From the NCBI RefSeq assembly GCF_006345805.1, contig NC_043005.1, positions 48,236,001 to 48,300,000 on the forward strand: a DNA stretch of 64,000 nucleotides. Direction: 5' to 3'. The notes under the pieces were generated by a model. It did no database searches. It saw only the letters and a program-made list of their open reading frames with translations, and was not told where the DNA came from. The translations under genes and the position numbers were made by a program. This document shows positions 38,449 through 52,943 of the stretch, piece by piece; the stretch's first letter is position 1; each line of letters opens with the position of its first letter. Origin of the DNA: Octopus sinensis (Eukaryota).

Positions 38449-38680
38449 TTTGTGTGTGTGTGGTGTGTGTGTGTGTGTGTGTGTTACTCATTTCAGCTTC
38501 ACGACCGGTGTTGGTTTGTTTGCGTCTCCGTAACCTAGCGTTTCGGGAAAGATACCGATAGAATAAGTACCAGATTTTTAAATAAGTACTTGTCTCGATT
38601 TATTCCATTAAACACATCTAGGCGGTGCTCCAGCATTGCTGCAATCAAATTACTGAAACAAGTAAAAATATAAGATTAAA
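38449..38680 (+). mobile_element. SINE family A 3' half
   Basis: (TG)n then ccggtgttggtttgtttgcgtctccgtaacctagcg...ggcggtgctccagcat. Confidence 0.7.
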
Positions 38681-38813
38681 AAAGAAAAAAAAGCAAACTT
38701 AATATATCTGAAACGTTTTTTTTTCTAAATTATCAACGACGCCATTTTTTTTCTTCTTAACTTCGGTCGAGTGTGAATTCAAGTGTGGATTTTGGCTTCT
38801 TAAATACCAGCAG

Positions 38814-38876
38814 CTTTCGAATGACTAATGAGAGGACATCCCGCACCTCTGACTATCTCTGCTACTGCTGCTGTTG
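38814..38876 (+). CDS. Candidate 63-nt exon, Cys-rich peptide FRMTNERTSRTSDYLCYCCC
   Basis: cagcag acceptor, gtatgt donor, only one open frame, symmetric phase 2, unique flanking sequence. No protein recognised. Confidence 0.22.
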
Positions 38877-39083
38877 GTATGTAGTTGTATTGATAAAACA
38901 ATACAAGTAATCCACCAACTCTTCGTATTGTCTGGCAATAAGAGTTTTGGGGGCTGAGATTATTATTTAGCTTTGTAAGAGAAATAAAGAAAGATTGCAT
39001 GGTAGACTGACAGTCACCAAATAAATCGGTGCTAAACATGGAAGTTTATTTTTCATGCAGACGACGTGGTGGAGATAACGTGT

Positions 39084-39500
<417 letters not shown>

Positions 39501-39960
39501 TGGGTCTGTGTATGTGCGTATGTGTCTGCGTGCCTGTGTGTACGAGCGTGCATATGCTTATGTATAACAGAAAGCGAGAGAGGGGGAAGGAGGGAGAGAG
39601 GGAGAGAAGGAGAAAAGGAGAGAAAGCAGAGTCTGGGGGAAAGAGAGCAGAATGCGTATTGTGCATATGTTTAACAAGGTGAACTATGAGGATACACGGA
39701 GAGACGCATAAGAAAAGGAGCTAAGAAATAAACTGAAAGACAAACAAGTGGAAAATATATGTACATACATATGTACGTGTGTGCATGTTCATACACATAT
39801 CATATACATTGTATAATATTCTTATATTATATAACATGTAAATTAAGAGGGTCTGATAAAAAGTTCCTGGCTTCGGGTAAAAGAAAACCAAGGGGGTCGG
39901 TTAATTATGATTTTATCTAACATATTCCCTTCTCAGATACACACACACTTATTGCAGTGG

Positions 39961-40066
39961 AGCTTAGGCGTTTCGCTCATAAACACACACATCGCCCGGT
40001 ATGAGATTCGAACCCGCGATCCCAAGACTGCGAATCCGCTGCTATAACCACTAGGCCATGTGCCTC
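39961..40066 (-). mobile_element. Family D SINE head fragment
   Basis: ttaggcgttttcgctc...gattcgaacccgcgatcc...aaccactaggccat. Confidence 0.7.
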
Positions 40067-40261
40067 ATCATGTATCTAATATAGCTTTATGTTTATCATA
40101 TTTTAATTTCTTCAGGCATTGAACTGATGCACTTACTTGAAGGGTTTTAGTTGAAAATCTGCCCAGCAGGACGTGCGATATCTTTTTATATTCGTTTCTT
40201 TTTAAAGTCTGGTCGGACTTTTTTTTCATCGCTAGGACGTACAGGGAATAATGAACACAGG

Positions 40262-40262
40262 C

Positions 40263-40320
<58 letters not shown>

Positions 40321-41067
40321 CATACACAGACACTTACTCACACACACATATTAGAGTTACGTAAGATGGGTTTTACAATCGTTTTCGTCTACTAAATTCA
40401 TTCACAGAGCATTGTTTGGGCCAGGTGATATGGTACAAAAAAACTTGCTCATGATGCTGTGCAGTGTCACTGAACCTAATCCTACGTGGTTGCAAAGCCA
40501 GGTTTTATTTTAATAAACAGGCATTCTTATGCTTATATACACATTACGCAGGCATAGAGAAAGATGAATATAAACATAAATATATACGTTACATTACACA
40601 ATATATGTAAATATAAGATATGTAAAAGTATATATATATTGTGTACATATATATTACATACATAAATATATATATATATAGTATATATATATATATATAT
40701 TATATACATATACATACATACATAAATATATATATATATATATATAATATATAATTATATATATATTATATATAATATATTATTATATATATTATATATA
40801 TATATATTATATAAATATATATTATATATATTATATATCTATTATATATATATATACATACATACAATATATACATATATATACACACATAAATATATAT
40901 ATATGTATATATATTGTATATATATGTATATATATTATATATATTGTATACATATATAATATATATGCATATATATATATATACATATATAAACATATAT
41001 ATAATATATACAGAGGCAGAGAGAGACAGACAGACAGACAGGCAGAGAAAGAGACTGACAGACAGAC

Positions 41068-41105
<38 letters not shown>

Positions 41106-41109
41106 CTAG

Positions 41110-41156
<47 letters not shown>

Positions 41157-41744
41157 ATAGATAGATGGATAGACAGATAGATATACATACATATAGACAT
41201 ATATTGTATATATCTAATTAGACATGTTTATATGTATATATATTGTATATATATCTACATTAGATAAATAGATATTATATATATTGTGTATATAATATAT
41301 ATATATATATACATATATTTATCTTGTGCGTGTATATATATATATATGTACATACATATATATTGTGCTTGTGTGTATATATATATAATACCTATTTATC
41401 AATATATTGGATTTGGTAGATGGAAACTGAAAGAAGCCCGTCGTACCCCCCCCACACACACATATACACACACAGACACACACACACATATACATACATA
41501 TTGATGTGCTAGTGCCTGTGTTTGCACTCCACCATCGCTTGACAGCCGATGTGGTGATTTGATGGCCCTCTAACTTAGCGGTTGACCAAAAGAAACCTAT
41601 AGATAAAAATACTAGACTTACAAAGTCCAGGACTCAATTATATATATATATATATAATAATATATACGGAGATGTATGTTATCATGTAATCATGTTTGTG
41701 CATATATATTGCACATATGAATTATATGTATATATGTATATGTA

Positions 41745-41808
<64 letters not shown>

Positions 41809-41820
41809 CTATATAATAAG

Positions 41821-41856
<36 letters not shown>

Positions 41857-43143
41857 TATATATATATATATATTATATATATATATTATATAAGTATATA
41901 ATATATATATATATATATATACGCGCATACACACATGTATATAATTTTGATGTGCAATGTATATGCACATTACGTGATTGCAAGTTATGTATCACGTAAT
42001 ATATATAATGTATACTATATATATACATTATATAACACACACACACACACATATATATATATACATATATATATATATCATACATTTATATACACATTAA
42101 ATAAGTATATATAATAACATGCATTTACATTAAACACACTGTATATTAATATACATATATAAAGATATATCTGTATGTATCTCTATATATGTGTGTGCGT
42201 ATATATGCGTGCGCGTGCATGTGTCTATGAGATTGTACATATATACTATTATATATCAAATATATATACTATATATAATATATATATGTATATATATATA
42301 TATATATATCAAATAAGTATGTAATATATATTCCTCTCATACATATGTTATTTGTATATGTCACATATATATATTATATCTATACCATGCATTTTATTTA
42401 TAATAATATATACTTTCTATCCCATGCTTTTGCGACATATATATATGTATCTATAAATTTATAGTTTATATATATGTATATAATAACGCAATTGTATAAA
42501 TTATACTTATGTGTATATATATATATATATATATGTTTATAATATTCATAATTTAAACTCACACAATGTACATTATTTTATATATAGTTTGTGTGTGCGT
42601 GTATGTATATATATATATATATGTCATTATATGTATATGTATATATGTGCATATATATATATGTATATATGTATACATATATGCGTATATATATACATAT
42701 ATACGTGTGTGTGTGTAAATATTCATATAAATATCTGTGAATATATATATATTCTGTACATTGGGTATATTATATACATGCATAATGTGCATATTACATA
42801 TATATTCATATTTAATATGTAATATATCACTTACAATAGATATTATGCTACGTATTTATTAAGCATATATTACATAAAATGTATTCAGTATTTATTGCAT
42901 AATATGAATACATATAATTACATATATCTTTGGGAATGTGTGTATAATATACATGGTATAATGTACATAGAAGTATACATTACATTGTATAGAGGTCTCT
43001 AATAGTATATATATTATATTAGAGCATATATACCTTGTATATAAAACGTATAATGTATACTTACTACATATATATATATATGTTATATTGACTATATATA
43101 TGTAGACTATAGATAAACACCCACATATACAAGCACGTGGATA

Positions 43144-43183
<40 letters not shown>

Positions 43184-43191
43184 CTCATATG

Positions 43192-43234
<43 letters not shown>

Positions 43235-43415
43235 GTATATATATATATACGCACATGTGTATGCATATAGAATATATATATGACATGTATATACAGTATA
43301 CATATACATAATTTCTGTACGTAAGAGGTACACTATATATAAATAAATATATATATGACGTTTTATATATATAAAGTCCGACACATTTATACATATGCGT
43401 GTGTATAATATATAG

Positions 43416-43488
<73 letters not shown>

Positions 43489-43904
43489 ATATACTACATA
43501 TATTGTAATATACCAGACAGCTATAATTATAAGAAATATATATACCTAGGTATATATATATATGCGTCGATTTTAAATATCTTTGATATATATGTATACA
43601 TGTATATTTCTACAATTATCTTTATACATATATATGTCTACATACATATTCATATAATATAATATGTTTTATGTAATGAATGATCTTTAGATATAATAGA
43701 TATGTATATTTTACATACAATACACATGGAAGATATGCTATATTGTATATGTACCATACATATCTTATATACATATATTCAGTATGTGTGTATATATTTA
43801 TAGATATGTGTATATATATACGTATATATGTGCGCACATATATATGCATAACAGTCACATTATATACATATAAAATATATGCATTATATACACAACACAC
43901 ACAC

Positions 43905-43951
<47 letters not shown>

Positions 43952-44121
43952 ATATATATATATTATATATATACTTTATTTTAAGCAGCAGAAAATTCAA
44001 GAAACTCAGAGTAACAGATTTTGTTGAATTTTCTGCTGCTTAAAATAAAGCATATTACTCTACCACTGGTATTTGAGTACTCTTTTTTCCACTTTGTTTC
44101 ACATTTATGTGTTTACTCCGG

Positions 44122-44164
<43 letters not shown>

Positions 44165-44435
44165 GCATATACAGACCCATAAACCTTATATAATTTATAT
44201 TACATAAGCGGTGCACCAGCATGGCCGCAGTCTAAATGACTTAGAAAAGTGAAAGATGAACTATGAAAGAATATATTATATATATATATATATTATATAG
44301 ATATCTAATATATATATATATATATATAATGTATATTATCTCGTATAAATGTTCACACACACCCAAGTTATATGTATACATATATTTATATATATGTATA
44401 TATATATTTTTTAAGTATGTACATATATGCACTCT
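40262..44435. repeat. About 4.2 kb of degenerate (TA)n/(CA)n/(GATA)n low-complexity DNA containing family A SINE pieces
   Basis: Direct reading; SINE pieces at about 41406-41635 and 44215-44265. Confidence 0.92.
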
Positions 44436-44574
44436 AACACACGCACATGATGTTCTGCTGTCTTTGTACTAGTACTTGCAGGTACCCTAAATGCATGTGT
44501 CTTTTCTCTTGGAGTCTTCTACTAATTATTGAAAGTTCAGCAATTATTATTTTCGTTAAATTCTTGCACTGTCT

Positions 44575-44674
44575 NNNNNNNNNNNNNNNNNNNNNNNNNN
44601 NNNNNNNNNNNNNNNNNNNNNNNNNNNNNNNNNNNNNNNNNNNNNNNNNNNNNNNNNNNNNNNNNNNNNNNNNN
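44575..44674. other. Assembly gap (100 N)
   Basis: Exactly 100 N, a usual placeholder for a gap of unknown size. Confidence 0.99.
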
Positions 44675-44704
44675 AACGTAAATATATCAACAACTGTCGT
44701 CAAA

Positions 44705-44719
44705 GAGCGGTTGTGGACA

Positions 44720-44774
<55 letters not shown>

Positions 44775-44945
44775 ACGCATGTATATATTTGCATATGTGT
44801 CTTTCATTTTCTACCTACCAAATCCACTCAAAGGTTTGGTCGGCCCTAGGCTAAAGTGGAAGACACTAGCCCAAGATGCCAAGCAATGGGACTAAAACCG
44901 GAACAATATGCTTGGGAAGTAAAATTCTTACCACGCAGCTACACA
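44705..44945 (-). mobile_element. SINE family A, 5' part, diverged
   Basis: ctacctaccaaatccactca..ggtcggccc..gaagacact..cttaccacgcagctac. Confidence 0.7.
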
Positions 44946-45064
44946 CACACATACACACACACACACACACACACTCACATATGTATATATATTATTTCCA
45001 AAGCCAAGTGCTACCAGTTTACACACGCACTCACACATACATGTGTAAATATATCTCTCTGGGT

Positions 45065-45458
45065 GTTAAAACAGCTGCTAAATGACTCAAGTGTGGATGT
45101 GATATAACTCGACTTTGCAAAAGCCTTTGATAAAGTCGACTATGGTGTGATAAGTTGCAAACTGCGTGATATCGGCATAGTTGGAAAACTTGGACAGTGG
45201 CTACACGACTTTCGAAAAGATAGACGCCAGGCAGTTGTGACTAATGGAACCACCTCAAAGGAAACACAAATAGTAAGTGATGTTCCACAGGGCACTGTCT
45301 TAGGGCTACTGCTATTTATAGTGGCTCTCTCAGATATGCCCTCAGCTGCTCAGATAGACACCCTTGGTAGCTATGCAGATGATACAAAAGTCTCTCAGAC
45401 AATACAAAATTCCGGAAATATTGCGCATCTGCAACGGGAGTTGGATACAATGTACTGA
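45065..45458 (+). pseudogene. CR1/L2-type LINE reverse transcriptase fragment
   Basis: DFAKAFDKVD, VPQGTVLG.LLF and YADDTK motifs in one frame. Confidence 0.88.
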
Positions 45459-45464
45459 TCAGAT

Positions 45465-46310
45465 GACAAATATTCTCTTACGGAATTTCTTGCCAAGGTT
45501 GATGCAGTAATCTCAAAATATCTGGCTTTGAAAATGCTTTCTTGTTCTTTTTATGAAGTGTCCAGTCTATTGTCCCACAAGTGTTCAATATGGTTCATAT
45601 CTGGTGACTGGATTGACGATGAGAGCTTTTTAATGCAATTTTCATCCAACAAATCCTAGCTGTGTGACAAGGAGCCCCATCTTCCATAAATAAAGTCTTC
45701 TTTAATCATTTCACCACTGGAGAAAATTGGAATGAGTCCTTTCTGCAATGTGGAGTTTATGTTTCCCCCACACTCCACCAGCTCTGATCAACCATTGCTC
45801 CAAATTACTTCCCAGACCATCACAGAATAGCTGCCGTGTTTCATTGTTGGCTGCAATATTTTCACATCAAATTCTTGACTCTGTGAGTCTCCAGACCCAC
45901 ACTCGACCAGTGTCAGGAAATACAGCAAATCTGGAATCATCAGAGAATATGACAGTGTCCCAAAATGCTAGTGGCCTTTCCACCATCTCACTGGCCCAAT
46001 CTTTTCTCCACTTGATGTTGGCTGGTCGAAGAAGTTGCTTCCTTTTTGCTGCTCTGGTATAGTAACCAAGTTTATGGAGATACCTGACATCACCTTGTTC
46101 GACTATATCAGAGGCCTTGTAACGAGGATTATCCTTCACACTTCTCTTAACGAAGAGAAGTATCCTGTCAGAGGGCCCTGGTTGATCTGAGCCAAGTGAT
46201 GTGGATTCCTTCCCTTTTCCGGTGAATTGTACTATCACTCTATTAAATGCAGAAAGCGGTATCCAGATTTTACGCTGACTATGTCCAACTTCAGAATGGT
46301 ACACAATATA
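45465..46310 (-). pseudogene. Tc1-family DDE transposase relic
   Basis: HTH-like N-terminus, VIFSDDSRF, VMVW, EDGAPCH and SPDMNHIEHL, with stops and frameshifts. Confidence 0.88.
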
Positions 46311-46562
46311 TATATATACACACATATATATGCATATACATATACATGTATGCGTGTTGGATGTGTGTGAGTGCGTGTATGTATATATACATAATCGTAT
46401 AAATATATATATATACATACATACATACAATATGTATTATATATATATATATATAATATATATATATATATTATAATATATATATACGTATGTATGTATG
46501 TATTATGTATATATATATATAATTATATACGTATGTATGTAAATGTATGTATGTATATGTAT

Positions 46563-47015
46563 GGCCGACGAAAGCCTCGTGAGAGTATTTGTAGACGGAA
46601 ACTCTAAGAAACCTGGTGTATATATACATATATATGTATATATATATATATCGATATATATATATATGGATGCATATATGTATATGAATATATATGTATA
46701 TATATGTGTATATATATATATATATATATGCATATATATATATGCATATGTATATATATATGTATGTATGTATGCATATATGTATATATTTCTGCGTGTG
46801 CGTCTTTGTGTCTATATTTGTCCACCCCACCATCACTTGAGAACCGATGTTGGTGTGTTTACGTCCCTGTATTTTAGTGACTCGGCAAAATATTGATAGA
46901 ATAAGTACTAGGCTTAAAATTGATAACAGCTGGTATCGGTTTCTTCAGCTGAAAACCACTTTAAGGCGGTGCTCCAGCATGACCGCAGTCAAATGACTGA
47001 AACAAGTAAAAGAAT
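46563..47015 (+). mobile_element. SINE family A lacking its head, with expanded internal (TA)n
   Basis: tttgtagacggaaact...(TA)n...gtccaccccaccatcacttgagaaccg...ccgcagtcaaatgactgaaacaag. Confidence 0.8.
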
Positions 47016-47038
47016 ATATATACGTATGTCTTTATACG

Positions 47039-47082
<44 letters not shown>

Positions 47083-47087
47083 TATAT

Positions 47088-47121
<34 letters not shown>

Positions 47122-47234
47122 CTATATTTAAATGCATAAATATATAGATATATGCATACTATATACTTACATGTATATATACATATATGCGTACCTTAAT
47201 ACATACATATATGCATACAGATGCAAACATACAA

Positions 47235-47585
47235 TCTTTTACCGGTTTCAGTCATTTGACTGCGGCCACAGGAGCACTGCTTTTAGTCGGGCAAATCGCC
47301 CCTAGTATTTATTCATCGTAAGCCTAGTATTTAATCTATCGGTCTCTTTTGCCGAACCTCAAATTTATGGGGTGTAAAAGCACCAGCATCGGCTGTCAAG
47401 CGACGTGGTGGGTGGCGGGTGACAAACACAGCCAGACAAATTTATACACGCACACACACATATATACAACGGGCGGGCTTCTTTCACTTTCCGTCTACCA
47501 AATCCCCTCACAAGTCTTTGGTCGGCCCGAGGCTATAGTAGAAGTAACTTGCCCAAGCTACTTAGCACACAGCCACTCCTGCGCC
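47235..47585 (-). mobile_element. SINE family A
   Basis: Reverse complement of consensus with an internal deletion. Confidence 0.78.
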
Positions 47586-47719
47586 ATGTAGGTATATGTA
47601 TAATGTAAAAGTAGATATGCATAAGTATATGTATATATATCTATATATATATATATACATAATATATATATTATATAATATATATATATATATATAATAT
47701 ATATTATACATATATATAT

Positions 47720-47762
<43 letters not shown>

Positions 47763-47794
47763 TATATACTATATATATATATGTATATATATAC

Positions 47795-47827
<33 letters not shown>

Positions 47828-47835
47828 ACATATAC

Positions 47836-47888
<53 letters not shown>

Positions 47889-47889
<1 letters not shown>

Positions 47890-48219
47890 GACGGTTATGA
47901 CGACGAGGGTACCATTGATCCGATCAACGGAACAAGTTGCGCGTGAACCCTTAACGTAGTTCTCGGGGAGATTCAGCGTGACAGAGACTGTGACAAAGCT
48001 GGCCCTGTGAAATAGAAGTACAACAGAAACAGTAAGAAAGTGTGAGAGAAAGTTGTGGCGAAAAAGTACAGCAGGGTTTGCCACCACCCATTACTGGAAA
48101 GTCATGGAGCTGTAGGTGTTTTCGCGCTCACTAGGCACTCACAACGTCCGGTCTGAGAAGCGAACCCGCGATCCTACGACCACGAGTCCGCTGCCCTAAC
48201 GACAGGGCCTTGCACACCT
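47889..48219 (-). mobile_element. Chimeric SINE: head D joined to body C
   Basis: The minus strand has head D (ttagggcagcggactc..aaaacacct..caactttctctcac) then body C (gctgaatctccccgagaactacgttaaggg..gttccgttgatcggatca..cctcgtcgtcataaccg). Confidence 0.72.
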
Positions 48220-48297
48220 CCAACATATGTATCTATCTATCTATCTATCTCTATCTATCTATCTATCTACTATCTATCTATCTATCTCTATATCGTA

Positions 48298-48357
<60 letters not shown>

Positions 48358-48463
48358 ATATTATATATATGTATTATATGTATATATGTATATATATACA
48401 TGTATGCACATATGTGTATATATAATTGTATATATGTTTATATATATGTAAATATATATGTAT

Positions 48464-48517
<54 letters not shown>

Positions 48518-48661
48518 TGATATGTATATATATATATATGTATGATATATGTATATATATATATGTATATGTATATATGCATATGTATATATATGTATAT
48601 ATATGTATATGTATATATACATATATATCTGTACATATACACATGGATGTATGTATATATA

Positions 48662-49110
48662 TTTACTCTCTTTTACTTACTTGTTTCAGTCATTTAACTG
48701 CGGCCATGCTGGAGCACCACCTTTAATCGAGCAACTCGACCCCGAGACTTATTCTTTGTAAGCCCAGTACTCTATTCTATCGGTCCCTTTTGCCGAACCG
48801 CTAAGTAACGGGGACATAAACACAACAGCATCGGTTGTCAAGCAATGCTAGGGGGACAAACACAGACACAAAAACACACGCGCACATATATATATACACA
48901 TATATATATACACATATATATATACACATATATATATATACATATATACGACGAGCTTCTTTCAGTTTCCGTCTACCAATCCACTCACAAGGCTTTGGTC
49001 GACCCGAGGCTATAGTTGAAGACACTTGCCCAAGGTGCCATGCAGTGGAACTGAACCCGGAACAATGTGGTTGGTAAGCAAGCTACTTACCACACAGTCA
49101 CACCTGCGCC
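48662..49110 (-). mobile_element. SINE family A, full length
   Basis: Close to consensus. Confidence 0.9.
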
Positions 49111-49283
49111 TATTTATGTAGATATACACATACACACAAATACACGTATGTACTTGTAGGGGTTCGTGTTTGTATGTGTGTGTTGTGTGTGTGTGTAGGT
49201 GCATATGTGCATGTGTATATGTGTGAATGAATATATTCGTGTATATGTGAACAAAATTCTGTGTAAATATATATATGTGTATA

Positions 49284-49322
<39 letters not shown>

Positions 49323-49565
49323 TTGTAAGCATATTTAATTAATGCATGTGTTTTTACGTATATATGCAAACATATTAGTATATATGTCTATGTATTTATA
49401 TCTATATAGGTATATATATTTATACACATATACATATAAGAGTATGTGTGCGTTAGTGTGTATTTGTGTGCGTGAGCGTGTGTTTGTGAGTGCACGCGTG
49501 TGTTTCCTAGTATCTCATTTGAGAAGTATACATACGTATGTATGTGTATGTATACATTCATATGT

Positions 49566-49605
<40 letters not shown>

Positions 49606-51056
49606 ATAATACTATATATGTATGTATATACATATATACATACACGCATATATATGTATGTATATTATGTATGTATATATATATGTATATATATGTATAT
49701 AATATATGTGTGTATATATATATATAGATATAAATATATATATATGTATATATATATACATACATATATATACACATAGATATACACATAGTTATATATA
49801 TATGTATATATGCATATATATATATATATGTATATATATGTATGTATATATACATACATACATACATATTCCAGCTTACCTTTGTTTTTATGCATATTTT
49901 TACGCACGCAATCTCCAGAAATGCATGTTCTGTGAACACTTTCGTACTTGAACAAGCATGTGTGCATATATGTGCATCTGTGCCTATGCCAGTGTGTAGT
50001 TCTCTGCAGTAAGTGAATAACTACGCCTGTGTATGTTCTCGCTTGTGTGTGTGTGTGGTGTGTGTGTTTATGTATATTAGTTTGTGTGTGTGTGTGTGTG
50101 TGCGTGTGTAATGGGTATGGGTCGGTGTGTTTGTGTGTGCGTGCGAGAAAACAGCTCCAGGAATGAATGAGTTATTGCTAATATATTTTGCCAGTTTTTA
50201 GACATACCTCGACTACCAATTGGTCAAGGAAGCGAGGGAATGGTATTCTCTACTAGGTTTTGTATAGTGATCGGTAAATTGTAGCACTATAGTAGACTGG
50301 CAACGGGGCTGGAAGGAGAAGAATTCCAGGAATGGTCATTTCAGACAGAACCAGGGAGGAAGGAGAGAGTGAGGATTCAGAGGCAAGAAGTTCATTTGTG
50401 CGTGTATGTGTGTGTGTGTGGTGTATGTATGTATATATGTATTATTATAATATATATATGTATATATATATATTATATATATTATATATATATATGTATA
50501 TACATATACATATATATACATATATATATATCCATAGACACAGTTATGCATACATATAAAATGCAGTTGGAGATAAGTCTATAGGAAACGATGAACTTTG
50601 CCTAAAAATCTGCATAATGCATATATACATGTGTTCATTATATTTAATATTTCTGTGTGTGCGTGTGTGTGTGTGTGTGTGTGTGCGTGTGTATGTGTGT
50701 GTGTCTGTCTGTCTCTGTGTCTGTGGGTGAATACATACAGACAGTCCGACACACACAAATTATATGTGTACATGCATATATGTGTATACGTGTATATATG
50801 TATAAGATATGTATAAGTTATATATATGCATGAAAATACATATATATATATATGCGTGTGTGTGTGTGTGTGTGCGTGTGTGTGTGTGTGTGCGTATGTG
50901 TGTGTGTTTGTGCACACATATGTGAGAAAAATTGTCAGCATTGACTCAACGGAGTACAACTGAATTTGGTAAAATAACTCAGAAAAGTGTTCACTGAATA
51001 ATGATAGGGCTTCTAGTCATAATTCAGGTTTGCGACATTAGTTCTTCGTTCTGTAG

Positions 51057-51143
51057 AGATTTTATGGGCCTCTACTCTATTTCCATTTACCATCTGCAAG
51101 ATTTCGGTCGACCAGCAGCCATGGTTGGATTCATTTTGTCTGA
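51057..51143 (+). CDS. Candidate 87-nt exon, peptide DFMGLYSISIYHLQDFGRPAAMVGFILS
   Basis: ttcttcgttctgtag acceptor, gtaacg donor, symmetric phase 2, unique sequence. No protein recognised. Confidence 0.18.
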   Translation, partial: RFYGPLLYFHLPSARFRSTSSHGWIHFV

Positions 51144-51359
51144 GTAACGTTAGCTGGGATGGATCATAGGCACAGATGTATTCGTTCACCTCCCACCACA
51201 CAAATATATTCACACATTCTTTTTTTCCATGCTGTCATCTGCTAGACGTGTGCTTATTAGGAAAGCAATATTTTTACACCCGTATACCCTTTGCAATATT
51301 ACACGTTACCTGTTTTTCCCCGTATACAAAATTAAGATTTTCACGCACACAGACATAGA

Positions 51360-51394
<35 letters not shown>

Positions 51395-51423
51395 GTACAG
51401 CCACAAGCTGGAAATAGATGCCA

Positions 51424-52135
51424 AAGATCCTAAGCTACTTTATCAAATACTAACAGTATCGCCCGGCGTTGCTCGGGTTTGTTTCGATCCTTTAGAATTG
51501 GAATTTTTGAAAAATAGAAATTTTGCATTATGTAACTTATTCTCTTTAAGTGAACATTTTTCTGGTTGAAATACACTGAAAAATGGCGACACAGCATTAA
51601 AAAAATCGTAAAAATAGAGATTTTCATAGAAAAAAAGCACCTTTTTGATGTAAATAATTTTTGGTGTTAACATGGTCCGATTTGAATACTTTTCTTCTAC
51701 GGAATGAAGAGCAAGCCATCTTCTATTATACTCTCAATTTCAGTCAACTTGCGCCGCAGGTTTCGGAGGAGATAGTGTTAGTTGAAGGCTACCAAACCTG
51801 CCATGCACAGACAACTTCAGCTTTATATATATATAGATACATATGTGCTGAAATCGAAGAAATGAAGAAAGAAAAATAATTTTGAAAAAGTCATATATCG
51901 AAACGATTTCAAGGTTAGCTTGGTAATACACTCTTCGCTTATCAATATGTCTGTAGCTGTATACATACTTACATGTGTAATCTTGCATGCATGACGAAAG
52001 GTGAGTGTATTACCACGGTGACCTTGAAATCGTTTCGATATATGACTAAGCTTTTTGAAAAACAAAATAGTTTTTCCTTGTCCATTCTCTCAATTTCAGC
52101 TCGTGCGTATATTTGATAAAGTAGCTTAGGACCTT
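51424..52135. mobile_element. MITE with TIRs of at least 26 bp, interrupted by a Helitron
   Basis: aagatcctaagctactttatcaaata (51424-51449) versus tatttgataaagtagcttaggacctt (52110-52135), 1 mismatch. Confidence 0.8.
51450..51837 (-). mobile_element. Non-autonomous Helitron (388 bp)
   Basis: The minus strand starts A|TCtatatatat and ends cccgagcaacgccgggcgatactgTTAG|T: AT target, no TSD, terminal hairpin. Confidence 0.82.
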
Positions 52136-52316
52136 TGACGTTTATTTCCAGCGTGTGGCTTTACTTCTCGTAACTACCCTTACTATAATATTGTATTTAT
52201 AAAATTATATACCTCGTATTAATTTTTACCTTAATTGGTTTTACTCGCTGGCTTCTTGATAAAATCTTATAAAGATTTTATCCTAAAATTTAATTGATAT
52301 ATATATACATGTATAT

Positions 52317-52513
52317 AGGCACAGGAGTGGCTGTGTGGTAAGTAGCTTGCTAACAAACCACATGGTTCCGGGTTCAGTCCCACTGTGTGGAACCTTGGGC
52401 AAGTGTCTTCAACTATAGCCCCGGGCCGACCAATGCCTTGTGAGTGGATTTGGTAGACGGAAACTGAAAGAAGCCTGTCGTATATATATACATATATATA
52501 TATATATACGTCG

Positions 52514-52552
<39 letters not shown>

Positions 52553-52752
52553 TTGTGTGTCTGTGTTTGTCCCCCTAGCATTGCTTGACAACCGATGCTG
52601 GTGTGTTTACGTCCCCGTCACTTAGCGGGTCGGCAAATGAGACCGATAGAATACGTACTGGGCTTACAAAGAATAAGTACCGGGGTCGATTTGCTCGACT
52701 AAAGGCGGTGCTCCAGAATGGCCACAGTCAAATGGCTGAAACAAGTAAAAGA
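52317..52752 (+). mobile_element. SINE family A, full length
   Basis: Close to consensus. Confidence 0.9.
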
Positions 52753-52943
52753 GTATATATATATATAAAATAGAAAAACTCAAGCGGAACTCACGCCAGG
52801 CATTCCAACTGAGAACATGCTATCAGGTTCCACGGTAATAAAATTCAATATAAGTGACTACATACCTGAAAATCAAGAAAATACTAATAAGGAGTGCAAT
52901 ATTTTATACACATACATATAAATAATTAAGCATATATATATAT

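Larger units (their letters stand above)
46320..49900. repeat. Second large (TA)n-rich block interleaved with SINEs
   Basis: Direct reading. Confidence 0.9.

Noticed and set aside
44434-44854. ORFs spanning the N run
   Set aside because: Artefact of translating through the gap; the two sides may not be adjacent.
50280-50410. Possible exon HYSRLATGLEGEEFQEWSFQTEPGRKER
   Set aside because: No convincing donor; runs into (TG)n.
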